Shown one piece after another: positions 8,601 to 18,513 of a stretch of 32,000 nucleotides of DNA (its first letter is position 1; the number at the start of each line of letters is the position of its first letter). Position numbers and translations under genes: made by a program. The notes beneath the pieces were generated by a model. The model worked only from the letters and a program-made list of their open reading frames with translations, was not told where the DNA came from and made no database searches. The stretch is from Mycobacterium tuberculosis H37Rv (GTDB taxonomy: Bacteria > Actinomycetota > Actinomycetes > Mycobacteriales > Mycobacteriaceae): positions 120,001-152,000 of the forward strand of contig NC_000962.3 in NCBI RefSeq assembly GCF_000195955.2, written 5' to 3'.

Positions 8601-10541
8601 ACCTTGGGCGAGGTGTACCGCGGATTCACTGGCTGCCCGGGCCACCGGAAGCGCTGACAGGATCCGCACCGCCGCGGCCAGATCGGTGCCGGTGATTAGG
8701 TCGGCAGTCCATGGTGTTGCCCCGCGGGGATCGTCGAGAGCCACACCGACGTCAGCGATGGCCAACGCGGCCAACGTATCGGTGGATGCGAAGTCCCGGT
8801 GCACCGCGGTGATCAGCAATACCGGTCCGCGATCCGCGCGCAACTCACGCACCAACTTCAGCAACGGCGTGCCAGGCGGATGCGTCGAACCGACGCTGGC
8901 CGATAGATCTTCGGTGCCCGCGACATGGCGCAAAACCACCCGCGCTCCGGTTCGGTGCGCGGTCTGCAGCAGCGGGATTGCGTATGGGTCGACTTCCCAC
9001 CCCACGTCGACGCTGCCCACGCATTGGCCATCGACCACCAGGTCGGCATGCTCGAGGCCCTGAGCCGGCGTTGCCGACGGCCCTTGAGCCGGAGCCCATC
9101 TCAAGCGGGCACCGGTAGCCGGCAATTCATCGGGGTCGGGTTCGGGTGCCTGCTCGCCATGGAGCAAGGCGTCGGCGACCTCGTAGACGCGGTCGTCGTC
9201 CCAGCCGGGTTCGTCTCCCTGTGCATGCAATACGGCGCGGTTGTCACCGCGCAGCGCTGCGCCGTCGATAACGACCACCCGCACCCGATCCAGGCGGCGC
9301 AACGCGCCGGGGTCGAGGACTAGTTGCCCGGTGTTGGCGAGCCCGCGACCCAGCACCGCCGCGAACGCCTGTCGGCCCATGTGCGCGGCACGTGGTACTC
9401 CGGCCAGGATCGCGCCGGCCGCGTCCTCGGTACCACCGCCGGCCACCAGTGCACTGGCCGCGGCGATCAACGAACCGTTTGCGGCCTGGTTGACGTATTG
9501 CTCCACCGGCCCGGCCCTTGACCCTTTGGCGGTGTCGATCGCGGCGTCGATGGATCCGCCGACCACGACGTGCGAAGCCTCGCCTGCCGCCGCAGCCGCC
9601 CAACTGTGTCGCGGCTCCTGCGATTTGGCCCCGGCCGACGAGATGATGGGCACCACCGGAGCCTGCGGCCGTCTGGGGGAGGCCAGCGCGGGTTCGCGGT
9701 CACGCCATACGCGACGGTGCGCCGCCGCTTCGGAGATTTGCAGGCTGCGTTGCACCAGATCGAGCAGCGGTGTGCCCAGGGACTGGGTTAGCCCGTTGGC
9801 CGCCGCCGTCGTAGCGGCGAGCGCAATATCGGTGCCCACTCGACCCAACCGCGACTCCATAAGCGACACCATTCGCGGTTGATGGTTTATCAGAGCGGCC
9901 AGGGCTCTGGTGGTTTGCGGTGCGGCGGGCAGTCGGGCGACCCAGCCGGTGACCGTGGCACCCATCGCTACCAGATCCATTGCCGCAGCGGTCAACGGCA
10001 CCAGGATCGCCAAGGGGTTACCTGGGTCGGCGAATGGTGCCGAGTTCGGCGACGACACCGACCCAGCCAGGAATATGTCGGCAGCCACCGCGGAAACCAC
10101 ATCACGTACCTCGTCCACGGCGATGTCGCTATCCGCATCAGGTTCAAGTTCGACCACCAGCCGACCCAATGAGCCCTCAACGTGGGCCTCGGCCACGCCC
10201 GGGATCCTGCGGACTGGCTCCTCCACCATGGCGGCATGCTCGTGCCAGCGAGGGAATGGCAGTAGCGGATCCAGGTCGAAATGCACGCGCCGTCCGCTGC
10301 GCCAACGCACCGGCGGTGTCATTCCGTCAGGCGATTCGTTGTGGGAACCGCGTACCCCGATTGCGCGACCAGTCGTTTGCACCACCGACTGCACCACCGG
10401 GCCGGTCAGCTCCAGCACCGGGCTGGCCAGCGTCTGCACCGCCGCGGCCGCACTCCCCGGCAAGCGGGCGCCGGCTCGCACTGTCTGTGCTACTCCGTTG
10501 GTCACACCACCGAGGACAGTGGCCACACCCGGGATCTTCAC
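5643..10541 (-). CDS. ctpI: Very large cation-transporting P-type ATPase CtpI
   Basis: C-terminal half has [46 protein letters not shown] and MVGDGANDAAAI. The ORF extends to 10556; a GTG at 10541 gives 1632 aa. Confidence 0.95.
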   Translation of the reverse strand: MKIPGVATVLGGVTNGVAQTVRAGARLPGSAAAAVQTLASPVLELTGPVVQSVVQTTGRAIGVRGSHNESPDGMTPPVRWRSGRRVHFDLDPLLPFPRWHEHAAMVEEPVRRIPGVAEAHVEGSLGRLVVELEPDADSDIAVDEVRDVVSAVAADIFLAGSVSSPNSAPFADPGNPLAILVPLTAAAMDLVAMGATVTGWVARLPAAPQTTRALAALINHQPRMVSLMESRLGRVGTDIALAATTAAANGLTQSLGTPLLDLVQRSLQISEAAAHRRVWRDREPALASPRRPQAPVVPIISSAGAKSQEPRHSWAAAAAGEASHVVVGGSIDAAIDTAKGSRAGPVEQYVNQAANGSLIAAASALVAGGGTEDAAGAILAGVPRAAHMGRQAFAAVLGRGLANTGQLVLDPGALRRLDRVRVVVIDGAALRGDNRAVLHAQGDEPGWDDDRVYEVADALLHGEQAPEPDPDELPATGARLRWAPAQGPSATPAQGLEHADLVVDGQCVGSVDVGWEVDPYAIPLLQTAHRTGARVVLRHVAGTEDLSASVGSTHPPGTPLLKLVRELRADRGPVLLITAVHRDFASTDTLAALAIADVGVALDDPRGATPWTADLITGTDLAAAVRILSALPVARAASESAVHLAQGGTTLAGLLLVTGEQDKTTNPASFRRWLNPVNAAAATALVSGMWSAAKVLRMPDPTPQPLTAWHALDPEIVYSRLAGGSRPLAVEPGIPAWRRILDDLSYEPVMAPLRGPARTLAQLAVATRHELADPLTPILAVGAAASAIVGSNIDALLVAGVMTVNAITGGVQRLRAEAAAAELFAEQDQLVRRVVVPAVATTRRRLEAARHATRTATVSAKSLRVGDVIDLAAPEVVPADARLLVAEDLEVDESFLTGESLPVDKQVDPVAVNDPDRASMLFEGSTIVAGHARAIVVATGVGTAAHRAISAVADVETAAGVQARLRELTSKVLPMTLAGGAAVTALALLRRASLRQAVADGVAIAVAAVPEGLPLVATLSQLAAAQRLTARGALVRSPRTIEALGRVDTICFDKTGTLTENRLRVVCALPSSTAAERDPLPQTTDAPSAEVLRAAARASTQPHNGEGHAHATDEAILAAASALAGSLSSQGDSEWVVLAEVPFESSRGYAAAIGRVGTDGIPMLMLKGAPETILPRCRLADPGVDHEHAESVVRHLAEQGLRVLAVAQRTWDNGTTHDDETDADAVDAVAHDLELIGYVGLADTARSSSRPLIEALLDAERNVVLITGDHPITARAIARQLGLPADARVVTGAELAVLDEEAHAKLAADMQVFARVSPEQKVQIVAALQRCGRVTAMVGDGANDAAAIRMADVGIGVSGRGSSAARGAADIVLTDDDLGVLLDALVEGRSMWAGVRDAVTILVGGNVGEVLFTVIGTAFGAGRAPVGTRQLLLVNLLTDMFPALAVAVTSQFAEPDDAEYPTDDAAERAQREHRRAVLIGPTPSLDAPLLRQIVNRGVVTAAGATAAWAIGRWTPGTERRTATMGLTALVMTQLAQTLLTRRHSPLVIATALGSAGVLVGIIQTPVISHFSGVPRWDRSPGRASSAPRQEPPQSQRWHRSGWQAQSVSCNLMNALTTRKTLTRVDRTYRRPR

Positions 10542-10894
10542 TGAGTCACCCTTCAACTACCGATACCGCGCCTAATCCTGATGGCGTATCAGCGCCATGT
10601 CTACCGACTTGCGCATACTTCGCCGGGTGAGGTCGCCGGTGAAGGCAGTCCGGACCCCTTTGGTCTGCGAGCGATGAATGCAGACGCCGTGTCGGATCTA
10701 GCTTGAGTACGGGCGGGCCCGTGACGCGCCGGTGGCGGGCACGTGAAACCGACCCAAACGATCCCAACGACGCGGCAACGCCTGGCTAACGGCTCACGGA
10801 TCGAATCAGTGGATGCGGTGGGGTCCGTGAATCAGCCGGCAAGCGGCCAAGCGTTGCATTGTGCGGCCGACATTGGGGGGCCGACGAAATCGGC

Positions 10895-11104
10895 TCACAA
10901 AATGCGGTGGTGGGCCCTGCCGACGTGGTAACCCGCCGGGAAGGACTTCTCGATGACCTGCAGCTGGTGGTTCACTCTCGACTCCAGCTCGAGCACCACG
11001 CAGCTGTCACCGACGGTCTTCGACTCAAGGACGATGTACCGCTGACCGCCACCGTTGACATCGGTGATCGGGTCACCGGAGTGCAATGTTTCGACGGGCA
11101 CCAA
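10895..11104 (-). CDS. Small hypothetical protein (Rv0108c-like)
   Basis: C-terminal part of the reverse ORF 10895..11308, with a possible TTG start at 11104. No recognisable domain. Included mainly because of recalled annotation. Confidence 0.3.
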   Translation of the reverse strand: MVPVETLHSGDPITDVNGGGQRYIVLESKTVGDSCVVLELESRVNHQLQVIEKSFPAGYHVGRAHHRIL

Positions 11105-11381
11105 ATCCGGATTTCCGTTTGACTCCACGCGAAACACAGTAAGGCAATTAAGCCGACTAGGGAACACTCTGCGTGGTGCGCCACCTCGACGCGGAGGCAC
11201 CAGCGGGTTGGCCGCGGCGGGCTCGCTCTTGGGTGGTCGCCAGTGATTGTGACCAGCTGCCGGAGCGGGAATGCGTGTTGGACAGCCGAATCCCCGCAAT
11301 TGGCGCAACGTGCCCCGGAAGCCGCGCTACATTTGGCTCCTAGCCACCAGACAGCTTGCCCGAAAACGGCAGAGGTCCCTG

Positions 11382-12872
11382 ATGTCGCTTTTGATCACAT
11401 CACCGGCGACGGTGGCTGCGGCGGCAACACATCTGGCGGGTATCGGATCGGCGCTCAGCACAGCCAACGCGGCAGCGGCCGCTCCGACGACGGCGCTATC
11501 GGTCGCGGGTGCCGATGAGGTCTCGGTGCTGATCGCAGCGCTATTCGAGGCGTACGCCCAGGAGTATCAGGCGCTGAGTGCCCAGGCACTGGCGTTCCAC
11601 GACCAGTTCGTGCAGGCGCTCAACATGGGTGCGGTTTGCTATGCGGCCGCAGAGACAGCCAACGCAACTCCGCTGCAGGCTCTGCAGACTGTGCAGCAGA
11701 ACGTCCTCACCGTGGTCAACGCGCCCACCCAGGCATTGCTAGGTCGACCAATCATCGGCAACGGTGCCAACGGGTTACCGAACACCGGGCAAGACGGTGG
11801 GCCCGGCGGGTTGCTGTTCGGCAACGGTGGCAACGGCGGATCCGGCGGGGTGGATCAGGCCGGTGGTAACGGCGGTGCAGCCGGCCTGATCGGTAACGGC
11901 GGGTCCGGCGGCGTCGGCGGGCCGGGGATAGCTGGCAGTGCGGGCGGGGCGGGCGGCGCCGGTGGGCTGCTGTTCGGCAACGGCGGGCCCGGCGGGGCCG
12001 GTGGGATTGGCACCACCGGTGACGGTGGGCCTGGCGGTGCCGGCGGTAACGCCATCGGTCTGTTTGGCAGCGGAGGTACCGGCGGGATGGGCGGCGTCGG
12101 CGGCATGGGCGGTGTCGGCAACGGCGGCAACGCGGGTAACGGCGGCACCGCCGGACTGTTCGGTCACGGCGGGGCCGGCGGTGCCGGGGGCATCGGCAGC
12201 GCCGACGGCGGGCTCGGTGGTGGCGGCGGCAATGGCCGGTTCATGGGCAACGGTGGGGTCGGCGGTGCCGGCGGCTACGGCGCTAGCGGAGACGGCGGAA
12301 ACGCCGGCAACGGCGGCTTGGGCGGCGTGTTCGGCGATGGCGGGGCCGGTGGTACCGGCGGTCTGGGTGACGTTAACGGCGGGCTTGCCGGTATTGGCGG
12401 TAACGCCGGGTTCGTCCGCAACGGCGGAGCCGGCGGCAATGGCCAGCTCGGCAGCGGCGCAGTCTCCTCGGCGGGTGGGATGGGCGGCAACGGGGGCTTG
12501 GTGTTCGGCAACGGCGGCCCCGGCGGTCTAGGCGGGCCGGGCACGTCGGCCGGCAACGGCGGTATGGGCGGCAACGCTGTCGGACTGTTCGGCCAGGGCG
12601 GGGCCGGCGGGGCCGGCGGGTCCGGATTCGGGGCCGGTATTCCAGGTGGCAGGGGCGGTGACGGCGGTAGCGGCGGGCTGATCGGCGACGGCGGCACCGG
12701 TGGCGGTGCAGGCGCGGGTGACGCTGCTGCATCGGCCGGTGGTAACGGTGGTAACGCCCGGTTGATCGGGAACGGCGGTGACGGTGGCCCGGGCATGTTC
12801 GGCGGGCCCGGCGGAGCTGGCGGCAGCGGCGGCACGATATTCGGCTTCGCCGGAACCCCCGGGCCGAGCTAG
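11382..12872 (+). CDS. PE_PGRS1: PE-PGRS family protein PE_PGRS1
   Basis: PE domain ([48 protein letters not shown]), linker [19 protein letters not shown], then Gly-Gly-Ala/Asn repeats. 496 aa. Confidence 0.96.
   Translation: MSLLITSPATVAAAATHLAGIGSALSTANAAAAAPTTALSVAGADEVSVLIAALFEAYAQEYQALSAQALAFHDQFVQALNMGAVCYAAAETANATPLQALQTVQQNVLTVVNAPTQALLGRPIIGNGANGLPNTGQDGGPGGLLFGNGGNGGSGGVDQAGGNGGAAGLIGNGGSGGVGGPGIAGSAGGAGGAGGLLFGNGGPGGAGGIGTTGDGGPGGAGGNAIGLFGSGGTGGMGGVGGMGGVGNGGNAGNGGTAGLFGHGGAGGAGGIGSADGGLGGGGGNGRFMGNGGVGGAGGYGASGDGGNAGNGGLGGVFGDGGAGGTGGLGDVNGGLAGIGGNAGFVRNGGAGGNGQLGSGAVSSAGGMGGNGGLVFGNGGPGGLGGPGTSAGNGGMGGNAVGLFGQGGAGGAGGSGFGAGIPGGRGGDGGSGGLIGDGGTGGGAGAGDAAASAGGNGGNARLIGNGGDGGPGMFGGPGGAGGSGGTIFGFAGTPGPS
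11775..12840 (+). repeat. PGRS: imperfect GGC/GGN tandem coding repeat within PE_PGRS1
   Basis: Low-complexity repeats such as GGCAACGGCGG and GGTGCCGGCGG encoding GGxGG motifs. Confidence 0.9.
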
Positions 12873-12914
12873 GCGTGTTGCATCCCGCCCAACGGCGCAG
12901 GCAACAATGGTGCG

Positions 12915-13769
12915 ATGAGTGGCGCCAGCTCATCGGAGTCGCCCACCTGCTATCGCCATCCCGGGCGCCGGACCTACGTCCGCTGCACCCGATGTGATCG
13001 GTACATCTGTGGCGAATGTATGCGCGTGGGTCCCGTCGGCCACCAGTGCGCGGAGTGTGTGCGCGAAGGCGCCCGGGCGGTGCGGCAGCCTCGTACCCCA
13101 TTCGGCGGGCGGCAGCGGTCGGCAACTCCGGTGGTTACATACACGCTGATCTCGCTGAATGCGCTGGTGTTCGTCATGCAAGTGACCGTGATGGGTCTGG
13201 AACGGCAGCTCGCTTTGTGGCCACCCGCGGTCGCCAGCGGTCAGACCTACCGGTTGGTGACCTCGGCGTTCCTGCACTACGGGGCGATGCACCTGCTGTT
13301 GAACATGTGGGCGCTGTATGTGGTGGGTCCGCCGTTGGAGATGTGGCTGGGCCGGTTGCGGTTCGGCGCGCTGTATGCGGTGAGCGCGCTGGGTGGCTCG
13401 GTGTTGGTCTATCTGATCGCACCGCTTAATACGGCGACGGCGGGGGCATCGGGGGCGGTGTTCGGTCTTTTCGGTGCCACGTTCATGGTGGCCAGGCGGC
13501 TCCACCTTGATGTTCGTTGGGTCGTCGCGCTCATCGTGATCAACTTGGCTTTCACGTTCCTCGCGCCGGCGATCAGCTGGCAGGGGCACGTCGGCGGGCT
13601 GGTAACGGGTGCGCTGGTGGCAGCGACCTACGTCTACGCGCCCAGGGAACGTCGGAACTTGATCCAGGCCACAGTGACGATCACCGTTTTGGTTGCGTTC
13701 GTCGTGCTGATCGGCTGGCGCACAGTCGATTTGCTCGCACTGTTCGGTGGGCGCCTCAACCTGAGCTGA
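12915..13769 (+). CDS. Rhomboid family intramembrane serine protease with N-terminal zinc-ribbon/B-box-like motif (Rv0110-like)
   Basis: CYRHPGRRTYVRCTRCDRYICGECMRVGPVGHQCAEC at the N-terminus. Rhomboid GASGAVFGLFG (catalytic Ser) and QGHVGGLVTG (catalytic His). Confidence 0.9.
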   Translation: MSGASSSESPTCYRHPGRRTYVRCTRCDRYICGECMRVGPVGHQCAECVREGARAVRQPRTPFGGRQRSATPVVTYTLISLNALVFVMQVTVMGLERQLALWPPAVASGQTYRLVTSAFLHYGAMHLLLNMWALYVVGPPLEMWLGRLRFGALYAVSALGGSVLVYLIAPLNTATAGASGAVFGLFGATFMVARRLHLDVRWVVALIVINLAFTFLAPAISWQGHVGGLVTGALVAATYVYAPRERRNLIQATVTITVLVAFVVLIGWRTVDLLALFGGRLNLS

Positions 13770-13949
13770 ACACATCAAAACCGATAGCCGCTTGTCTTCG
13801 CGTGTCTTCGGGGAATCCGACGCGGTCACATCTAAACTCGCCACGATCAAGAGGAGGGGCAGCGACGTATCGGCAGCAAGCACTGCGCCGGACGACGAAG
13901 TGGTCAGGGCGCGCTAACAGCGAGAGCTGAGCCGGGCGGGATTCACTCC

Positions 13950-16007
13950 GTGCCGGCACGTTCTGTTCCCCGGCCCCGTTGGGTGGCCCCGGTGCGCCGG
14001 GTCGGTCGGCTGGCCGTATGGGATCGGCCGGAGCGGCGCAGCGGAATTCCAGCGTTAGATGGCCTTCGTGCGATAGCGGTCGCGCTGGTACTCGCCAGCC
14101 ATGGCGGCATCCCCGGTATGGGCGGCGGGTTCATCGGCGTCGACGCCTTCTTCGTCTTGAGCGGATTTCTCATCACCTCGCTGCTGCTCGACGAGCTGGG
14201 GCGCACCGGTCGTATCGATCTGAGCGGGTTCTGGATTCGCCGTGCGCGGCGGCTGCTGCCGGCGCTGGTGCTGATGGTTCTCACCGTGAGCGCCGCACGC
14301 GCACTATTTCCTGACCAAGCTCTCACCGGGCTACGGAGCGATGCGATCGCCGCGTTCCTATGGACGGCGAATTGGCGGTTTGTGGCCCAAAATACCGATT
14401 ACTTCACCCAGGGCGCTCCACCCTCGCCCCTACAGCACACCTGGTCGTTGGGGGTGGAGGAGCAGTATTACGTTGTCTGGCCACTGTTGCTGATCGGGGC
14501 GACGCTACTGTTGGCGGCCCGGGCGAGGCGCCGTTGCAGACGGGCCACGGTGGGCGGGGTTCGGTTCGCCGCGTTCCTGATTGCCAGTCTCGGCACGATG
14601 GCTTCCGCCACCGCCGCGGTCGCATTTACCTCGGCGGCCACCCGCGACCGGATTTACTTCGGCACCGATACCCGTGCGCAGGCGTTGCTGATCGGCTCCG
14701 CGGCAGCGGCTCTGCTGGTGCGGGATTGGCCATCGCTGAACCGCGGGTGGTGCCTGATCCGGACTCGCTGGGGACGGCGGATTGCCCGTCTGTTGCCGTT
14801 CGTCGGGCTGGCTGGGCTGGCGGTGACGACTCACGTCGCAACGGGCAGTGTGGGCGAGTTCCGCCATGGTCTGCTGATCGTGGTGGCAGGTGCGGCCGTC
14901 ATCGTGGTTGCCTCGGTAGCCATGGAGCAGCGCGGAGCGGTGGCCCGCATCCTGGCCTGGCGACCGTTGGTGTGGCTGGGCACCATATCGTACGGCGTCT
15001 ATCTGTGGCACTGGCCAATCTTTCTGGCGCTCAACGGCCAACGTACGGGCTGGTCGGGCCCGGCCCTGTTTGCCGCTAGGTGTGCAGCCACGGTGGTGCT
15101 GGCCGGTGCGTCGTGGTGGCTGATCGAGCAACCTATTCGGCGCTGGCGACCGGCACGGGTTCCGCTGTTGCCGCTGGCAGCGGCGACCGTTGCCAGCGCT
15201 GCCGCCGTGACGATGCTCGTTGTTCCGGTCGGAGCCGGACCGGGGCTACGCGAGATCGGCCTTCCGCCCGGCGTTTCGGCGGTCGCCGCGGTCTCGCCGT
15301 CGCCGCCGGAAGCGAGTCAGCCCGCGCCCGGGCCACGAGATCCCAACCGGCCGTTCACCGTTTCGGTATTCGGTGATTCGATCGGGTGGACTTTGATGCA
15401 TTACCTGCCGCCGACTCCCGGATTCCGGTTCATCGACCACACCGTCATCGGCTGCAGCCTGGTACGCGGCACACCGTATCGGTACATCGGTCAAACCCTG
15501 GAGCAGAGGGCGGAATGCGACGGCTGGCCGGCCAGATGGTCGGCGCAGGTCAACCGGGACCAACCGGACGTTGCGTTGCTGATCGTCGGCCGCTGGGAGA
15601 CGGTAGACCGGGTCAATGAGGGGCGGTGGACACATATCGGCGACCCGACCTTCGATGCGTACCTCAACGCCGAGCTACAGCGAGCGCTCAGCATCGTTGG
15701 ATCCACCGGGGTTCGAGTGATGGTCACCACCGTGCCCTACAGCCGCGGCGGCGAAAAGCCGGACGGCCGCTTGTATCCGGAGGATCAACCCGAGCGTGTG
15801 AACAAATGGAACGCCATGTTACATAACGCCATTAGCCAACACTCGAACGTCGGAATGATCGACCTCAACAAAAAGCTTTGTCCAGACGGCGTTTACACGG
15901 CCAAGGTCGACGGCATCAAGGTCCGCAGTGATGGTGTTCATCTCACCCAGGAAGGCGTGAAGTGGCTGATACCGTGGCTTGAGGATTCGGTGCGGGTCGC
16001 CAGTTAA
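13950..16007 (+). CDS. Integral membrane acyltransferase, OafA/YrhL type with C-terminal SGNH domain (Rv0111-like)
   Basis: GLRAIAVALVLASHGG...GGFIGVDAFFVLSGFLITSLL (acyltransferase 3), multiple hydrophobic segments, then VFGDSIGWTLMHYLPP (SGNH block I). GTG start. Confidence 0.9.
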   Translation: MPARSVPRPRWVAPVRRVGRLAVWDRPERRSGIPALDGLRAIAVALVLASHGGIPGMGGGFIGVDAFFVLSGFLITSLLLDELGRTGRIDLSGFWIRRARRLLPALVLMVLTVSAARALFPDQALTGLRSDAIAAFLWTANWRFVAQNTDYFTQGAPPSPLQHTWSLGVEEQYYVVWPLLLIGATLLLAARARRRCRRATVGGVRFAAFLIASLGTMASATAAVAFTSAATRDRIYFGTDTRAQALLIGSAAAALLVRDWPSLNRGWCLIRTRWGRRIARLLPFVGLAGLAVTTHVATGSVGEFRHGLLIVVAGAAVIVVASVAMEQRGAVARILAWRPLVWLGTISYGVYLWHWPIFLALNGQRTGWSGPALFAARCAATVVLAGASWWLIEQPIRRWRPARVPLLPLAAATVASAAAVTMLVVPVGAGPGLREIGLPPGVSAVAAVSPSPPEASQPAPGPRDPNRPFTVSVFGDSIGWTLMHYLPPTPGFRFIDHTVIGCSLVRGTPYRYIGQTLEQRAECDGWPARWSAQVNRDQPDVALLIVGRWETVDRVNEGRWTHIGDPTFDAYLNAELQRALSIVGSTGVRVMVTTVPYSRGGEKPDGRLYPEDQPERVNKWNAMLHNAISQHSNVGMIDLNKKLCPDGVYTAKVDGIKVRSDGVHLTQEGVKWLIPWLEDSVRVAS

Positions 16008-16042
16008 TCCGCCGTGTGCTCCGGATGAGCGCGACGGTAACC

Positions 16043-16113
16043 CTGGAATTGTGCTGTGTGCTGGCTGTGTCGTTGTGATGAGCCTGTCTAAGTGGTGCGT
16101 AACCGTTTGACGA
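16043..16113 (+). repeat. 71-bp direct repeat, copy A (upstream of the heptose cluster)
   Basis: CTGGAATTGTGCTGTGTGCTGGCTGTGTCGTTGTGATGAGCCTGTCTAAGTGGTGCGTAACCGTTTGACGA aligns without gaps to 19606..19676 with about 13 mismatches. Confidence 0.85.
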
Positions 16114-16288
16114 GCCGCGGCCTCGCTGCAAACATTGAAGCCCGCACGTCTGGGTTTGTATTTACACAACGAGGGCGCTCCCCGATCTGGCGCGCGCAAC
16201 GAGGTGCGCACTATCCATTCGAGGTGAACTGGACTCCTTGATGCTCAGGCCGGTGCGGTTTGTCGAGAAAGGCGAATAGGAACAGTCC

Positions 16289-17245
16289 ATGAAAGTGTGG
16301 ATCACTGGGGCTGGCGGAATGATGGGGTCACATCTCGCCGAAATGTTGCTGGCCGCCGGACACGATGTGTACGCTACCTACTGCAGGCCGACCATCGATC
16401 CGTCGGACCTGCAATTCAACGGAGCAGAAGTCGATATCACCGACTGGTGCTCGGTCTACGATTCGATAGCGACATTCCGCCCCGACGCGGTATTTCATCT
16501 CGCGGCCCAAAGCTATCCGGCGGTTTCGTGGGCCCGGCCGGTTGAGACGCTGACCACCAACATGGTTGGCACCGCCATCGTTTTCGAAGCACTACGTCGC
16601 GTGCGACCGCACGCAAAGATTATTGTTGCGGGCTCGTCGGCCGAATATGGATTTGTTGACCCATCCGAGGTTCCGATTAATGAGCGGCGAGAACTTCGCC
16701 CGCTCCATCCGTATGGTGTTTCTAAGGCGGCCACCGACATGCTGGCGTATCAATATCACAAGTCTTACGGCATGCACACCGTCGTCGCTCGTATCTTCAA
16801 TTGCACCGGGCCACGCAAAGTCGGAGATGCACTTTCCGATTTCGTCCGCCGTTGTACATGGTTGGAGCACCATCCGGAACAAAGTGCCATCCGGGTGGGA
16901 AATCTTAAGACGAAACGGACTATCGTGGACGTCCGCGATCTCAATCGGGCGTTGATGCTGATGCTGGATAAAGGCGAGGCCGGGGCTGACTACAATGTGG
17001 GAGGTTCGATCGCCTACGAGATGGGCGACGTTCTCAAACAAGTAATCGCGGCTTGTAAACGTGACGATATCGTGCCGGAAGTCGACCCCGCCCTTCTTCG
17101 GCCCACCGACGAAAAGATCATCTACGGAGATTGCAGCAAGCTGGCGGCCATAACAGGCTGGCAACAAGAAATCTGTTTGACTCAGACGATTGCCGACATG
17201 TTCGATTATTGGCGTAGCAAATCCGAGTCCGCCCTGATGGTGTGA
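16289..17245 (+). CDS. gca: SDR-family NDP-sugar 4,6-dehydratase/epimerase, GDP-mannose 4,6-dehydratase-like
   Basis: [31 protein letters not shown] (GxxGxxG NAD-binding), [16 protein letters not shown] (YxxxK). Recalled as Rv0112 gca. Confidence 0.9.
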   Translation: MKVWITGAGGMMGSHLAEMLLAAGHDVYATYCRPTIDPSDLQFNGAEVDITDWCSVYDSIATFRPDAVFHLAAQSYPAVSWARPVETLTTNMVGTAIVFEALRRVRPHAKIIVAGSSAEYGFVDPSEVPINERRELRPLHPYGVSKAATDMLAYQYHKSYGMHTVVARIFNCTGPRKVGDALSDFVRRCTWLEHHPEQSAIRVGNLKTKRTIVDVRDLNRALMLMLDKGEAGADYNVGGSIAYEMGDVLKQVIAACKRDDIVPEVDPALLRPTDEKIIYGDCSKLAAITGWQQEICLTQTIADMFDYWRSKSESALMV

Positions 17246-17318
17246 CCGAATGTCTTTGTCCTGCCAACCTGAGGAGCAGATAAGATTGACCGTAACGGAC
17301 TCTCAGTATCGACAAAAG

Positions 17319-17909
17319 GTGTGCACCGCGAGAACTGCTGAGGAGATCTTTGTAGAGACAATCGCTGTCAAGACACGCATCCTCAATGACCGGGTCTTGC
17401 TGGAAGCCGCTCGCGCAATTGGGGACCGCTTGATTGCCGGCTATCGTGCGGGAGCACGCGTCTTCATGTGTGGCAACGGTGGTAGCGCTGCGGATGCGCA
17501 ACATTTTGCCGCGGAGCTAACGGGTCACCTGATCTTTGATCGGCCACCGCTTGGCGCCGAGGCACTCCACGCCAATTCGTCGCACCTAACAGCGGTGGCC
17601 AACGACTATGACTACGACACCGTTTTTGCCAGGGCCCTCGAAGGATCTGCGCGTCCCGGCGACACGCTTTTTGCGATAAGTACCTCCGGCAATTCTATGA
17701 GTGTACTGCGGGCCGCGAAAACCGCAAGGGAGTTGGGTGTGACGGTTGTTGCAATGACGGGCGAATCCGGCGGCCAGCTGGCAGAATTCGCAGATTTCTT
17801 GATCAACGTCCCGTCACGCGACACCGGGCGAATCCAGGAATCTCACATCGTTTTTATTCATGCGATCTCCGAACATGTCGAACACGCGCTTTTCGCGCCT
17901 CGCCAATAG
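17319..17909 (+). CDS. gmhA: Sedoheptulose-7-phosphate isomerase (start may instead be TTG at 17286)
   Basis: SIS-domain protein: [22 protein letters not shown]...[25 protein letters not shown]...[20 protein letters not shown] start at 17319. Confidence 0.92.
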
Positions 17910-17940
17910 GAAAGCCGATCCTTACGCGGCCATTCGAAAG

Positions 17941-18513
17941 ATGGTCGCGGAACGTGCGGGACACCAATGGTGTCTCTTCCTCGATAGAGACGGGGTCATC
18001 AATCGACAAGTGGTCGGCGACTACGTACGGAACTGGCGGCAGTTTGAATGGTTGCCCGGGGCGGCGCGGGCGTTGAAGAAGCTACGGGCATGGGCTCCGT
18101 ACATCGTTGTCGTGACAAACCAGCAGGGCGTGGGTGCCGGATTGATGAGCGCCGTCGACGTGATGGTGATACATCGGCACCTCCAAATGCAGCTTGCATC
18201 CGATGGCGTGCTGATAGATGGATTTCAGGTTTGCCCGCACCACCGTTCGCAGCGGTGTGGCTGCCGTAAGCCGAGACCGGGTCTGGTCCTCGACTGGCTC
18301 GGACGACACCCCGACAGTGAGCCATTGCTGAGCATCGTGGTTGGGGACAGCCTCAGCGATCTTGAATTGGCACACAACGTCGCCGCTGCTGCCGGTGCAT
18401 GTGCCAGTGTCCAGATAGGGGGCGCCAGTTCTGGCGGTGTCGCTGACGCGTCATTTGACTCGCTCTGGGAGTTCGCTGTCGCAGTCGGACATGCGCGGGG
18501 GGAGCGGGGCTAA
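17941..18513 (+). CDS. gmhB: D-glycero-D-manno-heptose 1,7-bisphosphate phosphatase (HAD family)
   Basis: [12 protein letters not shown] (DxDxVI), [27 protein letters not shown] (zinc loop and GmhB signature), [12 protein letters not shown]. Confidence 0.93.

Noticed and set aside
11775-12860. Could the dense periodic repeats be a CRISPR or satellite array?
   Set aside because: They encode in-frame GGxGG motifs of a PGRS domain. There are no regular spacers and no cas genes.
12373-13125. 250-aa Arg-rich reverse-strand ORF opposite PE_PGRS1/rhomboid
   Set aside because: Frame shadow of GGC-rich PGRS sequence (RRxRR low complexity); no start context or domain.
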